Positions 26,101-39,985 of a DNA stretch of 64,000 nucleotides are shown here, piece by piece. The notes beneath the pieces were generated by a model that did not search any database, had not been told where the DNA came from, and saw nothing but the letters and a program-made list of their open reading frames with translations. Each line of letters opens with the position of its first letter. The stretch's first letter is position 1. Made by a program: the position numbers and the translations under genes. Source of the DNA: Eledone cirrhosa (lineage: Eukaryota); the NCBI GenBank assembly GCA_964016885.1, contig OZ024740.1, positions 370,698,001 through 370,762,000 of the forward strand. Reading direction: 5' to 3'.

Positions 26101-26790
26101 TTCATCTACCACTAGATTTAGGATGTCAACCGAATCTTGTCCTAGCCCGTCAGCATTCATCTCCTCAGTGGCCGTATCTCTGTTCCAGGTATTATTTATC
26201 TCAGTATTCAGATCATTGTCTGCTTCGGGTGGTTCCTCCGTTCTCAGGACCTCCTCACCTTCATTTCCCACCGGCTCGCTTGTCTGGCATACTACACCCG
26301 CCATCTCCAAGCCATTCTCTCTGCTCAGTTCCTCCAGTTCCAGCTCGCTTATCCACCCATTAGTTCTTATTACCCGAGCCTGCCCGGCCAATTTTTGTTC
26401 ATCTAATTTAAATAAACCAATCTCGTTCCAGATGTTATGCATCCGTCTCCTGTAGCCCCTCTCCTTGGGGTCACTTTTCAGGTAGCATTGCATAACAGTT
26501 CTATTCAATTCTTTCGTCCAGTTGGTTCTGGCCCCTTTCCTTCTTCTTCTTCCTCCAACATCAGCAGTATTTGGTTGACAGTCAGGTTCCTGCTGCTGAG
26601 CCAGGGGGCACCTGTTGGGTGAGAGTCTGTCACATGACGTTCTAGTCTCCATTTCACCGTTATTCGAACTGTTTATGTTCGATATTTAAACACTCTTATC
26701 GAGGATTGGCGAATGTATGTTTACATAGCCATCTGTGGATCCGCCATCCCACTTGGCCCTTGTGTGGCATTATCACCACGCTGTATACGA
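23184..26790 (-). mobile_element. R4/Dong-type LINE, near full-length copy 2
   Basis: Single ORF with RT, CCHC and REL endonuclease; short 3' UTR ending in (TAA)n. 5' boundary approximate. Confidence 0.85.
23260..26652 (-). CDS. Non-LTR retrotransposon protein: reverse transcriptase + zinc knuckle + restriction-like endonuclease (R4/Dong-like)
   Basis: 1130 aa uninterrupted: GPDG, NYRPITCL, WIDYRKAFDMVPH, GIFQGDSLSPLLF, HLLFMDD, CRICGEREETVAHIVSEC, RHD, RPDLVVVD..VDV..KINRY. Confidence 0.95.
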   Translation of the reverse strand: METRTSCDRLSPNRCPLAQQQEPDCQPNTADVGGRRRRKGARTNWTKELNRTVMQCYLKSDPKERGYRRRMHNIWNEIGLFKLDEQKLAGQARVIRTNGWISELELEELSRENGLEMAGVVCQTSEPVGNEGEEVLRTEEPPEADNDLNTEINNTWNRDTATEEMNADGLGQDSVDILNLVVDELNNDSGRPMNLRFVDRKKLKETTAKVNKVIPYLEARSLHQCNNILKATANTVRKLLGIKARGNNRQERAEPWWKKRLSGQIGEMRNDIGKLESLLNGTLKNIGTKNRLEIKYKTRSKKLNIIIEELKQRIVAKSAKIRRYENRVSQYKQNRMFDNNQKMLFGQLEGKERGNDLIPGAEQAKTFWRGIWEQDVRHNAQAGWIETVQREIGEKAQQQTDLSITVETLKGQAKKLTNWKSLGPDGVQGYWIKHLTSLHPKLTAMFNDCLVSGEVPEWLTKGTTVLIMKDRIKGNDVTNYRPITCLPVMWKLLTSIVSEENYHHLHTNNLLPDEQKGCRKKSRGTKDQLLIDKMVMGNCRRRHTDLAMGWIDYRKAFDMVPHSWITKSLEVFRVADNIRQLLGRSMGSWETELTSTGVSLGSVKIKRGIFQGDSLSPLLFVLALMPLTIMLRKVRAGYKLGRGELTINHLLFMDDLKLFGKSEKELDVLVDTVRIFSSDICMQFGIGKCGVIVMKRGRLSRSNGIQIPTGEMIKEIDSEEGYKYLGVLEADGIKNKKMKELLRTEYIRRVRSVLKSHLNSRNAISAVNSRAVSIIRYSAGILRWNVAEQKEMDRKTRKLLTIYNMFHKRSDVDRLYLRRSEGGRGLISIEDCVRMEKNNLYKYVTYSKEPMLRTVLKEGTVGQGMSKEEITSRRKSSLKGKFLHSTFFEKTEFRDPQTWNWLRRGDLKKATEGMLMAAQEQALKTKWLKHHIYKEEASPLCRICGEREETVAHIVSECKHLAQTHYKGWRHDVMGRVIHWHLCKVNNLPHSEKWYEHRPEAVMENSQVKVLWDFRIQTDKKLEHNRPDLVVVDKEKRSCLIVDVACPFDTRVQEKEREKINRYQDLKWEVKRIWNCHEVKVIPIVIGALGTISKGFQGWLKKIGPFTLFGTLQKACLLGTARTLRYVLNI

Positions 26791-27737
26791 ACACACATAA
26801 ACAAACAAGCACACGGGCAGAAAGGGCCCCAAAAATGGATAAGCATAAGTTTCATTGTAATGTAGTATTCGAATGTCTGACTTAGTTTTTGTTTTTTAAG
26901 TTTTACTTTTTCCCCCCTCTTCTCTGTCCGTCCGCCTGCTTCCCTCTTCATTCTTATTTTCTTTACGTTTTGGGGGTTTCTTTTTTTGTTTTTGTTTTTC
27001 TCTGTTTGTTTTTCTCGTTTTTTGCTGTTGTTGCTGTGCTGCTTTGGTTTTGTTGTTTGTTTTTTCTTTTTTCTTTTGAGTCTATCTATATATTTTGATG
27101 CCTTCCTCTTTGTTAGTAGTAGGGATTCTATAATGTGGAAGTAGTAGTAGCAGCCAGCAGGGAGAAGTGGGAGAGGGCGGCGTTGGCGATACTGAGACAG
27201 TGGTGGTGGTGATGTCGATACCGAGGCAGTGGTGGCGGTGATGCGACCGTATTACTGTAGTGATGGTGCTGTAGCGGTGGCAGCAGCAGTGAAGGAGTCA
27301 AGGGGTGGTGGCGGCGGTGATGGGATAGTGGTGGTAATGATGGCCGTAGTGAGCGGTGGCGGTGAAGGTGAAAATGCTGTTGTGTTTAGTGTACACAGAT
27401 GATGGGGTGGGTGGTGTATCTAGTTTCTGGTGTTGGTGAGTTTAGCTGTCCTATATAGTGTAGCCAGAGGAGAGGAGGGGGGGGGGTTCTTCTTCTTCCA
27501 TTTATAGCCATTTTTTTTTTTGGATATACAGTGTACAATACAAAGTTGAATATTTGAATATTTGAGCCTTATAACAATATATTTTGGGTCCGAATTTTTG
27601 GGGGCTCAAGCCGGGTGCTTTACGTAGCATTTGTACTAAGAGTTGTTATTTCACAAATGATTTAAATATGTTAAAAATTCAAAACTTACGGGAGCGATTT
27701 CATGACCTCCGTCACCTCGTGCGTCTTCTTCTTCTTC

Positions 27738-27793
<56 letters not shown>

Positions 27794-27797
<4 letters not shown>

Positions 27798-30086
27798 TTT
27801 GAGTCTCAGTCATTGATGTTATTTAACTGGAAAGTTTGTTGAAATGAATATCAACCCACTACCTGCAGCCTCAGATATTCAGGACGGATCGGATGGTTCT
27901 TGCTGTTCCCAGCAAGCATGCCTTTTGGAGTGTTCCAAAAAGCGGGGCGGGGCCAATTTTCTTTAACCAGCATTTATAGTGAGTCTGGGCTAGGTGTTTA
28001 CACTCGGATACAATGTGAGCCACAGTCTCCTCTCTCTCTCTCCACAGATCCTGCACAGTGGGCTAGCCTCCTCCTTGTAAATATGGTGTTTCAACAACTT
28101 CGTTTTGAGGACCTGCTCTTGCGCAGCCATTAGCATTCCTTCTGTAGCCTTTTTAAGGTCTCCTCTTTTCAACCTGTTCCATATCTGTGGATCTCTGAAT
28201 TCAGTTTTCTCAAAGAAGGTACTATGAAGGGATTTTTCATGAAGGCTGCTCTTTCTCCTTGTTATTTCCTCCTTGGACATCCCCTGGCCTATTGTCCTCT
28301 CCCTCAGTACAATTAGGAGCATTGGCCCCTTACTATCAGTCACGTATTTGTGTAGGTTGTTTTTCTCCATCTGAACGCAGTCCTCTATGCTGATAAGACC
28401 TCTTCCACCTTCAGATCTCCTTAAGTAGAGTCTATCGACATCACTCCTCTTGTGGAACATGTTGTAGATAGTCAATAGCTTCCTAGTCTTCCTATCCATT
28501 TCTTTTTGTTCAGCAACATTCCATCTCAGAATTCCCGCACTGTACCTAATAATAGACACAGCTCGGGAATTTACTGCACTTATGGCATTCCTACTGTTCA
28601 GATGTGACTTTAATACGCTCCTTACTCCCCGAAGGTATTCAGTTCTTATCAATTCCTTCATTTTTTTGTTCTTGATGTCATCAGCCTCCAGAACGCCCAA
28701 ATACTTGTATCCTTCCTCAGAGTCAATTTCCTTTATCATCTCACCTGTTGGTATCTGGATTCCGTTACTTCTGCTCAACTTACCCCTCCTCATCACAATG
28801 ACTCCACACTTACTAATACCAAATTGCATACATATATCATTGCTGAAAATACGGACAGTGTCAACAAGCACATCCAACTCCTTCTCACTCTTCCCGAAGA
28901 GCTTAAGATCGTCCATGAAGAGGAGGTGATTGATGGTAAGCCCTCTCTTTCCCAACCCGTATCCTGCTCTCACTTTTCGCAGTACACAGGTCAGGGGCAT
29001 CAGGGCAAGGACAAACAACAGAGGGGACAGACTATCTCCCTGGAAGATACCTCTCTTGATCCTCACGCTTCCCAAGGATTCTCCAGTTGATGTTAACTCT
29101 GTTTCCCAGGACTTCATTCTTTTGCCCAACAACTGTCTGATATTATCTGCCACCTTGAAGATATCCAGGCTTTTGGTGATCCAAGAATGAGGCACCATGT
29201 CAAATGCCTTTTTGTAGTCTATCCATCCCATGGCAAGACCAGTGTGTCTCCTCTTTCAATTCCTCATTACCATCTTATCAATAAGTAACTGGTCCTTTGT
29301 ACCACGTGACTTCTTTCGGCATCCTTTCTGTTCGTCCGGTAACAAGTTGTTTGTGTGGAGGTGATGGTAGATTTCCTCAGACATAATGCTTGTCAACAGT
29401 TTCCACATTACGGACAGACATGTGATAGGTCTATAGTTGGTAACATCATTACCCTTGATTCGGTCTTTCATTATCAGAACTGTGGTACCTTTTGTCAACC
29501 ACTCTGGTACCTCACCTGACATCAAGCAGTCATTGAACATGGTTGTCAGTTTCGGGTGGAGGGATGTTATATTTTTCATCCAATACCCCTGCACACCATC
29601 TGGGCCTGGTGATTTCCAGTTAGTTAGTTTTTTGGCCTGCCCTTAAGAGTTTCAACTGTGATACTCAAATCAGTTTGTTGGTGTGCCTGTTCACTGATCT
29701 CCTTCTGTACTGTCTCAATCCACACTGCCTGGTCATTATGTTTAACATCCTGCTCCCATATTCCACCCCAGAATGTTTTAGTTTGTTCCGCCTCAGGGAT
29801 CAAGTCGTTGCCTCTTTCTTTCCCTTCAAGCTGTCCAAAAAACATCTTCTGGCTGTTGTAGAACATGCGGTTCTGTCTATACTGACTGACTCTGTTCTCG
29901 TTTCGCCTGATTTTTGCACTCTTTGCTACAATGCGTCGCTTCAGTTCCTCTATGATAATATTTAGCTTTTTCCTCCTAGTTTTGTACTTTATTTCCAGTC
30001 TATTTTTAGTGTCTATGTTTTTTAGTGTCCCATTCAGTAGGGACTCAAGCTTTCCAATGTCATTTCTCATTTCCCTGATTTGACCA
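27794..30086 (-). mobile_element. R4/Dong-type LINE copy 3 (5'-truncated, frameshifted, endonuclease region deleted)
   Basis: ORF pieces 29624-30070, 29256-29594 and 27990-29231 closely match copy 2. Jumps from HYK directly to WLKK near 27970. (TTA)n at 27738-27795. Confidence 0.9.
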
Positions 30087-30098
30087 CTGATTTGACCA

Positions 30099-32070
30099 CA
30101 TCGTAGAGAGCGTAGCTAGGGAACCTGGCACGGGTGGGTCCTTGATCAATTTAGATCAGTCGAAAGCTTTCGATAGAGTCGACCATCGTTACGTAGCGGC
30201 AGTCCTGAGGGCGGCTGGCTTTGGGCCCGTCTACAGAGGCTGGATCGCTGCCATGCACAGCGACATCTGCTCTGTGGTGAGAGTGAACGGTCACCTTTTG
30301 GAACCGTTCAACATCATGCGCTCGGTCCGCCAAGGATGTCCCCTCTCGTCCCTCTTGTACGTATTGACTCTCGAGCCATTACTGCACAAACTGGAGACGT
30401 TGAGGGGGGTCCCGCGCGTAGATAGGATGCGGAAGATCCGTGTCAGCATATGCGGTCGATGTCACCGTAGTGGTGTCGAAAGCCAAACACATCGAGGCGA
30501 TCGGCACTACACTAAGAGAATACGAAGCGGTGACAGGAGCAATGATCAACCAGGAAAAGTCAGTGGGCCTGCAGCTCGGCACCTGGAGAGGCAGGTCCAT
30601 GCCGTCCAACAGTGTCGTCGGGCGCTGGACGGACGGACCGGTTAAATTGCTAGGGGTCTGGTTCGGTCCGACCTGCAGACGGACAAAAACTGGGACGAGG
30701 TGACGAGCAGGGTGGCTTCTCTCACCCAGAAATGGGCGGAGAGGAAGCTATCCCTGAAAGGTCGAACGGAGGTGGCTAACGCGTACATCGCGTCCGTCAT
30801 CTACTACCGCCTGACGGTCGTACCTTGTCCTAAGCCCCGCCTGACTGCGCTGGAGCGTTTACTCTTTCGCTTTTTGTGGAAGGGACGCGCTCCGATCGTC
30901 AGGCGGTCCATCTGCTGTCACCACCCGCTACGTGGAGGGCTGGGCATGCCGTGGCTGATGATGCGCAGACACGCGCTCAGGCTACGACATCTCCACCTCT
31001 TCCCCGACGGTGATCAGGTGTGGTCGCCGTTTGCTAGACACGTCTTTCCCCAGTTCGTCTCCTTGACGGAGCTGCAGTCCTGGGTCAAGCGAAGACCGAG
31101 AGGGAGCGCTTGGAGCTTGGAAAATGGAATGTCTTCAGGCGCTCATAGCCCTCGACCAATCGGGCAATGTGATCGGTGGAAACTCCACCTTGGCGTTCTA
31201 TAGAGGATTAGTGGAGGGGAAGAGCGACGACGTACTTGGAGAAACTCTAGGCGTCGACGAAAATCAACTAGCCAATCTCTTCGGAAGTACTTTCGGGCCG
31301 GGGCCTATGGACAACTTCCAGAAATCCCTGGCCTGGCAGTGCTACCAAGGAGCTTTGCCAGTTCGGGATAAACTCTACGGGCATGGAGGTGCCGTCAGCC
31401 GGGCATGTTCGAGATGCGCGCAGGGTGACGAAACCTTCCTGCACGCACTCGTCCAGTGTCCGAGCATTGCTGACTTGTGGGTTTATGTCGAACACCTGCT
31501 GTCACGTGTAGGACAGATCCGGCTATCAGCTGAGTCCATCGTGAGGATTGCCCCGCTCTCTTCCTTTAGCCGGGAAGGGCAGGCAGTTTTTATCTGTCTG
31601 GTGGCCATGGCGAAAGAGATAATATGGTGGACACGTTTGAAAGGGCTGAAGACGAGCACTTACCTCTTCGCTGATGCCCTGATTAACCTTTTCAAATTTC
31701 ATTTGAAAAGGAAAATCAGGGTAGAGAGGGAGATGCTCTCTTCCCAGCATTTTGTTGAAAGATGGGTGAGAGAAGCAAGTATGGCCCGAGTGAATGGGCC
31801 TACTCTGAGTATGTACCCGTAAATTAAAGGTGGAAAACTGGGAGAGGGCACTTGCCCTGGTGGTCAGGGTCACTGTGGCCTTTTAAGGGGCTTTCTCCAC
31901 AAATGTCCCTCGGAAGTCTCCCTCCTATTGGGGAATTTTTCATTGTTATTTTTTCATTACATCCTCTGTTTTTTTTTACACGCAGAAATGCCCATTTGCA
32001 CCGTCCTGTATTGTCCTGTACTGTCCTTAATGTCTACTTTATGTAAATCGTTGTGGTTAATAAAGAAAGC
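30099..32070 (+). mobile_element. 5'-truncated L1/Tx1-clade LINE (RT and C-terminus)
   Basis: LINLDQSKAFDRVDH, RQGCPLS, CSRC..DETFLHALVQC; related to 14230-16013; AATAAA near 32059 followed by (ATT)n. Confidence 0.9.
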
Positions 32071-32091
32071 ATTATTATTATTATTATTATT

Positions 32092-32322
32092 GAGGGCGGT
32101 GGATTGGCTGTACCCGTAGAGGGTCGGACACAATGCTTTGCAGCATAGAGTTACAGCCCTTTATGATCTGAGTTCAAATCCTGCCGAGGTTAACTTTGCC
32201 TTTCATCCTTACGGGGGTCGATAAAATAAAGTACCAGTCACGCACTGGGGTCGATTTAATTGACTTTCCCCTCTCCACCAAAATTGCTGGCCTTGTGCCT
32301 AAAGTAGAAACAATTATTATTA
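32092..32322 (+). mobile_element. tRNA-derived SINE, family A (most complete copy)
   Basis: tRNA-like head with GAGTTCAAATCC, shared core, (ATT)n tail. Confidence 0.8.
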
Positions 32323-33345
32323 TTTCTTTATTCGCAACAAAGACCGAAACATGAAGGATAATATAAAAACAGAGACTGGGTTTTACACAAAATCTAGTAA
32401 AAAAGATAACGAAATACATAACAAAATATCCCCCAAAAGGAGGAGGACCACATGGGAGTGACTTAGGAACTCCACCGATCCAAAGCCACCCGAATCCCCA
32501 AGAGATTCCTAGGAGGGTACCCCTTGACTCTCTAGAGTCTCCAGTGTATAGGTGCATGATCAGAGTATGCCCATTCACTCATACCACCTCGCTATATTCA
32601 CCCACATTTTAACAGATGTACTGGTGGGGAGGCACCTCCCTCTCCTAATGCACCTTCCTTTCTACGCAGAACTTGAAAACGTTGATGAGGGCTTGTCCGA
32701 AGAGGAAAGTGTCTGTCTTCTGTCCTTTCAGTTGCGTCCTCCACACAACCTCTTTCGCTACAGTCACCAGCCAGAGGAAAACTGCCTGCCTTTCCCTGCC
32801 AAAATATAATAGCTGTTCGACACAAGTCCACAAATCAGTAATGCTCAGACACTGGAAGAGTGCATGCAAAACAGTTTCGTCGCTCCGTGCTCATGTAGGA
32901 CAGGTCCGTCTGACATCAACATCTGTATTTGTAGAGTTTGTCTCGAACCGTCCGTGCCTCCCCCCCCCCCCCCGTAGCATTGCCAAGCTAGGGATTTCGG
33001 GAAGTTGTCCTTAGCCTTCGGCTCGAAAGTTCTCCGGAACAGACTGGTCAGATCGATTTCGTCGACGCCCAGAGCTTCATCGAGAATGTCGTCGTACCTG
33101 TCCACCGCTAGTCATCTATAGAACTCTAGAGTGAAAATTCTACTGACAGCATTGCCCGACTGGTAAAGTGATGTGAGCACCTGGCTACATTCCAGATGAC
33201 AGACGCCCATTCTCAGTCTTCGCTTGACCCACGACTGCAGCTCAGTCAAAGGGATGGGCTGTGAAAAGACTTGCTTGATAAATAGCGACCACGCCTGTTC
33301 ACCGCTTAGGAATATCTGTACTTGCTTGCGCATCTTCAGCCATGT
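32323..33345 (-). mobile_element. Degenerate 3' fragment of the same L1/Tx1-type group
   Basis: LTELQSWVKRR, DNFPKSLAWQCY, AKEVVWRTQLKG; AATAAA at the left end on the minus strand. Confidence 0.8.
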
Positions 33346-34471
33346 CATGTCCAAACAATGGATGTAACATGGTGCCAAACAGTAAATTTAACAATAGATA
33401 TCGAACAAAAACAATCCCCAATAGGCGGATGACACTTCGAGTAATTTGGGAAGAAAAATACATACGAAAGTCCTGGATTACTCTGTATCACCAAAGACAC
33501 TCAAAGGGCCCTCTCCCAGTTTATTTTCCTCTTATTATAGAAAAGCATAATCAGAGTAGGTCCATTCAGTCTCGTCAATCTCACTGCTCTCATGCACCTT
33601 TCGGGAATCACTCTAAAATGCAGAACCTCCATCTCCACCCTCACTTTCCTCTTCAAGTGGTACTTGAAGAAGTTAATGAGGGCCTGACCTTAAACGAAAG
33701 TTCCTGTCCTCAATTCTTTTGGCACTCTGCACAGAAAACCCTTCCGTGCCAAAGGAAGGAGGTATCTATTGTGCCTAAGTTGTATCTGTTGAAGCAGCCC
33801 TTTGAAAATTCCTCGGATATCCCAAATACCGTAATTTTTAATTTTTAACTTTTAATGTATAATTTTCCTCAATTCGTTTTTATATTTATCCTTAAAGGCT
33901 CTCTAAAATTTTAATTCTTCGAAGGGTCTCTCGGAAGAAGTTCCTATTGGAAATATTAAAGGGGCCTTTTCTGAGAGATTTATGGAAGGCTCTCTGAATT
34001 AACCTCTAATTGATTTGTTTTTTTCAACCTAGTTTTCAATTCAGTTTTCTGAATTTTGTAAACGTGATCTCGGGGGAAGAAGGTTTTTTTCTTTCGGAAA
34101 AAAATTTTTTTCTCTAGAAGAAATTTCATAGGAACTTTATATATTTTTTAGGGAAACTTTATATTTTTATTTTCTTATTTTATTAGCCTCTTAATTTTCT
34201 TCTAGACTAATAGGTTTATTGGAGCCTGTAAGCTTTATGCACTCATTGAGGGATTTTCTAAGGTGCTTCTGCGGGACCCCAAGTCTTTTAGTTTAATGTT
34301 GATGCGTAAATTATATATTTTGTCTAATTTTTAAACTTCAATCCCTGACCCCGACAACTAATATAAAAGAGCCCCCCTTAAAGCGGAGTTGCTGATGTAT
34401 ACAACAATTTCAAACTGCTAGCCTTGAGTGATACGTTGATGTAAACAATGATCTTGCAATCACATGTTATA

Positions 34472-34518
34472 TGCCTTGATAAGTCCCACCATGGGGTCGG
34501 ACGAAACGGCTGTTGGCA
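34472..34518 (+). ncRNA. Mutated type I hammerhead motif
   Basis: TGCC-TTGATAA-GTCC..GGAC-GAAA-CGGCTG-TT-GGCA then AATAAA. Stems are intact; the core differs from CTGATGA at two positions. Confidence 0.55.
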
Positions 34519-34676
34519 ATAAACTTGTTATAATGTCATAATAGTTCCTTTGTTCTTTTTCACTAATATTTCTGCTCTGCGTATACGCATAGAGCTTAAC
34601 TAGCTACCGTCACATATTTGGTAAGTCAGACGTGATCATCGCGATTCACATACGACCTACCATACATCTTACTTAT

Positions 34677-34708
<32 letters not shown>

Positions 34709-37323
34709 GAGGCATAATAAAGCATATATATAAGGCATATATATAAGGCATAGAAAATAGTAAGCAGCTGCTATTATCAGACCTGAAAGTCGACATTGAA
34801 GCACAAGAGCAACCCAAAAGAACTAATTATATGAAGTATAGCATTGGCAATACCATGGGGTCATTATTAGAGCTGACCTAGACAAGACAACATTACATAA
34901 ATATGAAGGCTTTAGTTGTTCACTTACGGCCCATTATATTATTATTGTTTGCGAAAGACATAGAAAAGCCAGTTCATTAAGAAGAATATAGTCGTCCTTA
35001 CTGCGGCCTTTGTAGACAAGTATACACCAGTATTAATATTTCGAATTTGAACGTTATCTTTTGAATCATAACAATAGCTTTCTTATGGTTAAAATATATT
35101 CATCTAACGGGAAGTCACTCATATGATTTAAATCCTTCGTGTACTACACATTTACATGATTACATAGCAAATACGTCAGATTTGAAAATAAAGATCAGTT
35201 GTGAAAGAATTTTATTGAATTCCAACAATTGTATTAGAGAAATCTTTCGTTCAAACTGCTTTTCTATGGATTGCTCCTTTCATTCAGTTGGAATTTGCTT
35301 ACCTCGTTATCTTTCAGGTGGATTAATACTCACGCTATCCCTTAGCTTCATAACTTCGGGCTCGTTCTTTATAAAAGCTTGATATTTCTATTTTTAGTAA
35401 TATATGTTAAACTTCTATATGTTAATCCGATTATCATATAACTGTTAACGTGCAAAAACAAGAAGTTTGCTTCTATTACTACAAGAAAAGAGAAATTCAA
35501 TTCAATTTTCTAACTACATACAACGGTGAACATTTGTGGTTTCCTTTTCTAGTCGAAATCACTTCACATATATTTTGGCGAGTGGCATGGACATCATTTT
35601 TCTCGTACATTCTTTCCATTTATCTTCGAGGAAAATTGATTTTTTTTTTTTAAATGTGACTGAACAATACTAAGGTGAACAGATTTTATTTGACATATGC
35701 CACTAATGATTTCTACTTTAGGTACAGGGCCAGTAATTTTGGGGAGGGCGTGAGTTGATTAAATCAATGTTTAGAAACATAAACACAAACGGGAAGATCC
35801 CATAAGCAGTGTAGGCTATGTACATTTTATAGTGATACCACTACTACTACTTGAACCAGTGAGACACAGTGGGCTAGATTATTTGTCACTATAGAGAGGG
35901 AGTGAGAGAACATATCAGGACGGACAACTGACGCTGCACACCAGGTCCGAACGCAGAAGAGCTGAACTCCCACTGTCATCGCCTCCCTCTCTCTCGCCCT
36001 CCCCTCCTTTCTGTATTATGAGCAAATGGGGTCCCACGTGCTGGCTGCCCCACGGTCCCGGCGGACAGAATGGAGAAGGCGTTTCCTCGGAGGATGGTAA
36101 GGGAGATAATTAGCAAGGTTGTTGTTAGGACTTCATCGGTTCCGACGGTAGGTGTTCCAATTGTTTGACCAACGGTACAGATTGCACATAAAGTTAAGGT
36201 AATTCTCAAGAAGATTCAGCGTGACACAATGTGTGACGCGGATGGCCCTTTGAATTATAAGTGCAACTTATTTTTGCACGCTGAATGGAGTCGAACAATG
36301 GGAAATAAAGTGTCTTGTTTAGGGATATAGCGCACGACTTTACGATCGTGATCCAAACATCATAACAACTTAACAGAGAGACGGCATCACGTTATCATCT
36401 TCGGTTTATTATGCACATTTGAAAAACATCAAAGTCATTGTGTAACAATTATTTGATGTATTGTCATCAGACAGGTATATAGGTGTAATGTTTTGGATTT
36501 TGATATGTTCGCCATAGTGTGGAACTCGATGTGAGCAGTCCAGCTGTAAGTGAACATATGATGTACAAATGTTGGCAAGAAGCAAGCTAGGGATGGGGAA
36601 TACGGCTTAATAGTAGTAGGTGGTGGAAGTAGGTCGTTTCACTAACAGTATCAAGTTACTAATCCTGGTCATTGGCTTCGATTTACAAGGGGTAAAAAGT
36701 AGGCTGGTAAATTTAATTATTTGTTTTCTTCTTATTTTTCTATACTTACAGCCAAGTCGGGGGCAGCTTTGATATTCCACTAGTGCTCCCCCTGCTGAAC
36801 CAAAAATTAAACTCAAAGAAGTTTAGTACGCTAGTCAGTGGTGTATATGGGAGTAAGGGTGCATGTTATGTTTATAGGTAGAGTATACAAAGATTTCTGT
36901 GAGAGAGTGTTCTAATTAGGTTTTAGGCTGCACATACACACGCCTAGACAACATGAGCGTACGCACATACATACACAAGTATATATAATATATATATATA
37001 TGTATATATAATCAAACATGTATACATGCAATGATTATGCGCTACCGTACGGAACAGTGCTCCCAGAATGCCAAATTTGGAATAAATTCATATCTCTCAT
37101 TCGGGAACAGTTTTGTATGGCGCCAGTTTGTGATTTAAACTAGAGAATTTTATATTCTCCGAGCGAGAAAAGCCTTCTGACGAAAATCCCTTTCTCAATC
37201 GAAATCCGCTTGGATTATCTGTTTATTTTGGGGTTGGAAACCGCACGGTAAAGGCATATATAGTAAGTAAAGCGAACTTTTTAAAATTTATTTTTAAACT
37301 TTTTCTCTACTTGCTAAACATTG

Positions 37324-37397
<74 letters not shown>

Positions 37398-37518
37398 TTG
37401 CAAGGTTTTTTATATGAAATCGTGTGTTGAAACAATTATTGTTACATTTGGGGAGGGTTTATATTGTTATAATATTGCCAGAAATAATTTTAAAAAAACA
37501 CACTCACTGTTTGGTTTG

Positions 37519-37576
<58 letters not shown>

Positions 37577-37731
37577 TTATTTATTTATTTATTTATATCT
37601 GAATTTTTAACCGTTGGTCAATCAATGATAAACATTGATTGCCAGATAAATTAACTATTGAGATATAAAAGTTACAGAAGCGAAAACCAATCCAAACCAA
37701 ACAGTGAGTGTCTTTTATTATTATCTCTGGC

Positions 37732-39492
<1,761 letters not shown>

Positions 39493-39722
39493 TATATATA
39501 TATATTATAAAATAACAGGAGGCTGGACTGTTGTAATTCCTTAAAGGTTTATTATACTATGAACATTTCAATGAACAGGTTCAGTATGAATCCGGTGACA
39601 TTATCAGGTATTCGAAATTTAACAAAGGAATATAATAGACACAATCCATGGGGCTGAAAAGGCAGAGAGACAAGAAGGCGGCCACACATTTAGCAGTTTC
39701 TAGTCAGCTCGGCCGCCTTCAA

Positions 39723-39761
<39 letters not shown>

Positions 39762-39985
39762 GCCAATCATTGTAAGTTTGAATCTAACTGATATGCAAAA
39801 ACATATATATATAGGAATAAGCTAACCCCAAATCATAGTTGATTCAAATATCACAGAGAGAAAGAGAGAGAGGGATAGAGGAGAGGGAGAAATGAGGTGG
39901 AACAGAAATGAAACATGGATTACAGGTTAAAATATAATCTAGATAGATGTGAAACAAAATGAGGATGTAGTTTATAGAACACCCA

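Noticed and set aside
23333-29965. Plus-strand ORFs overlapping the Dong elements
   Set aside because: Antisense shadows of the LINE coding strand.
37172-37220. CTGACGA...GAAA motif
   Set aside because: Stem III pairs but stems I and II do not.
37468-37740. About 50-bp inverted repeat around a (TA)n tract
   Set aside because: Real but short, with no ribozyme, TSD or coding signal to interpret.
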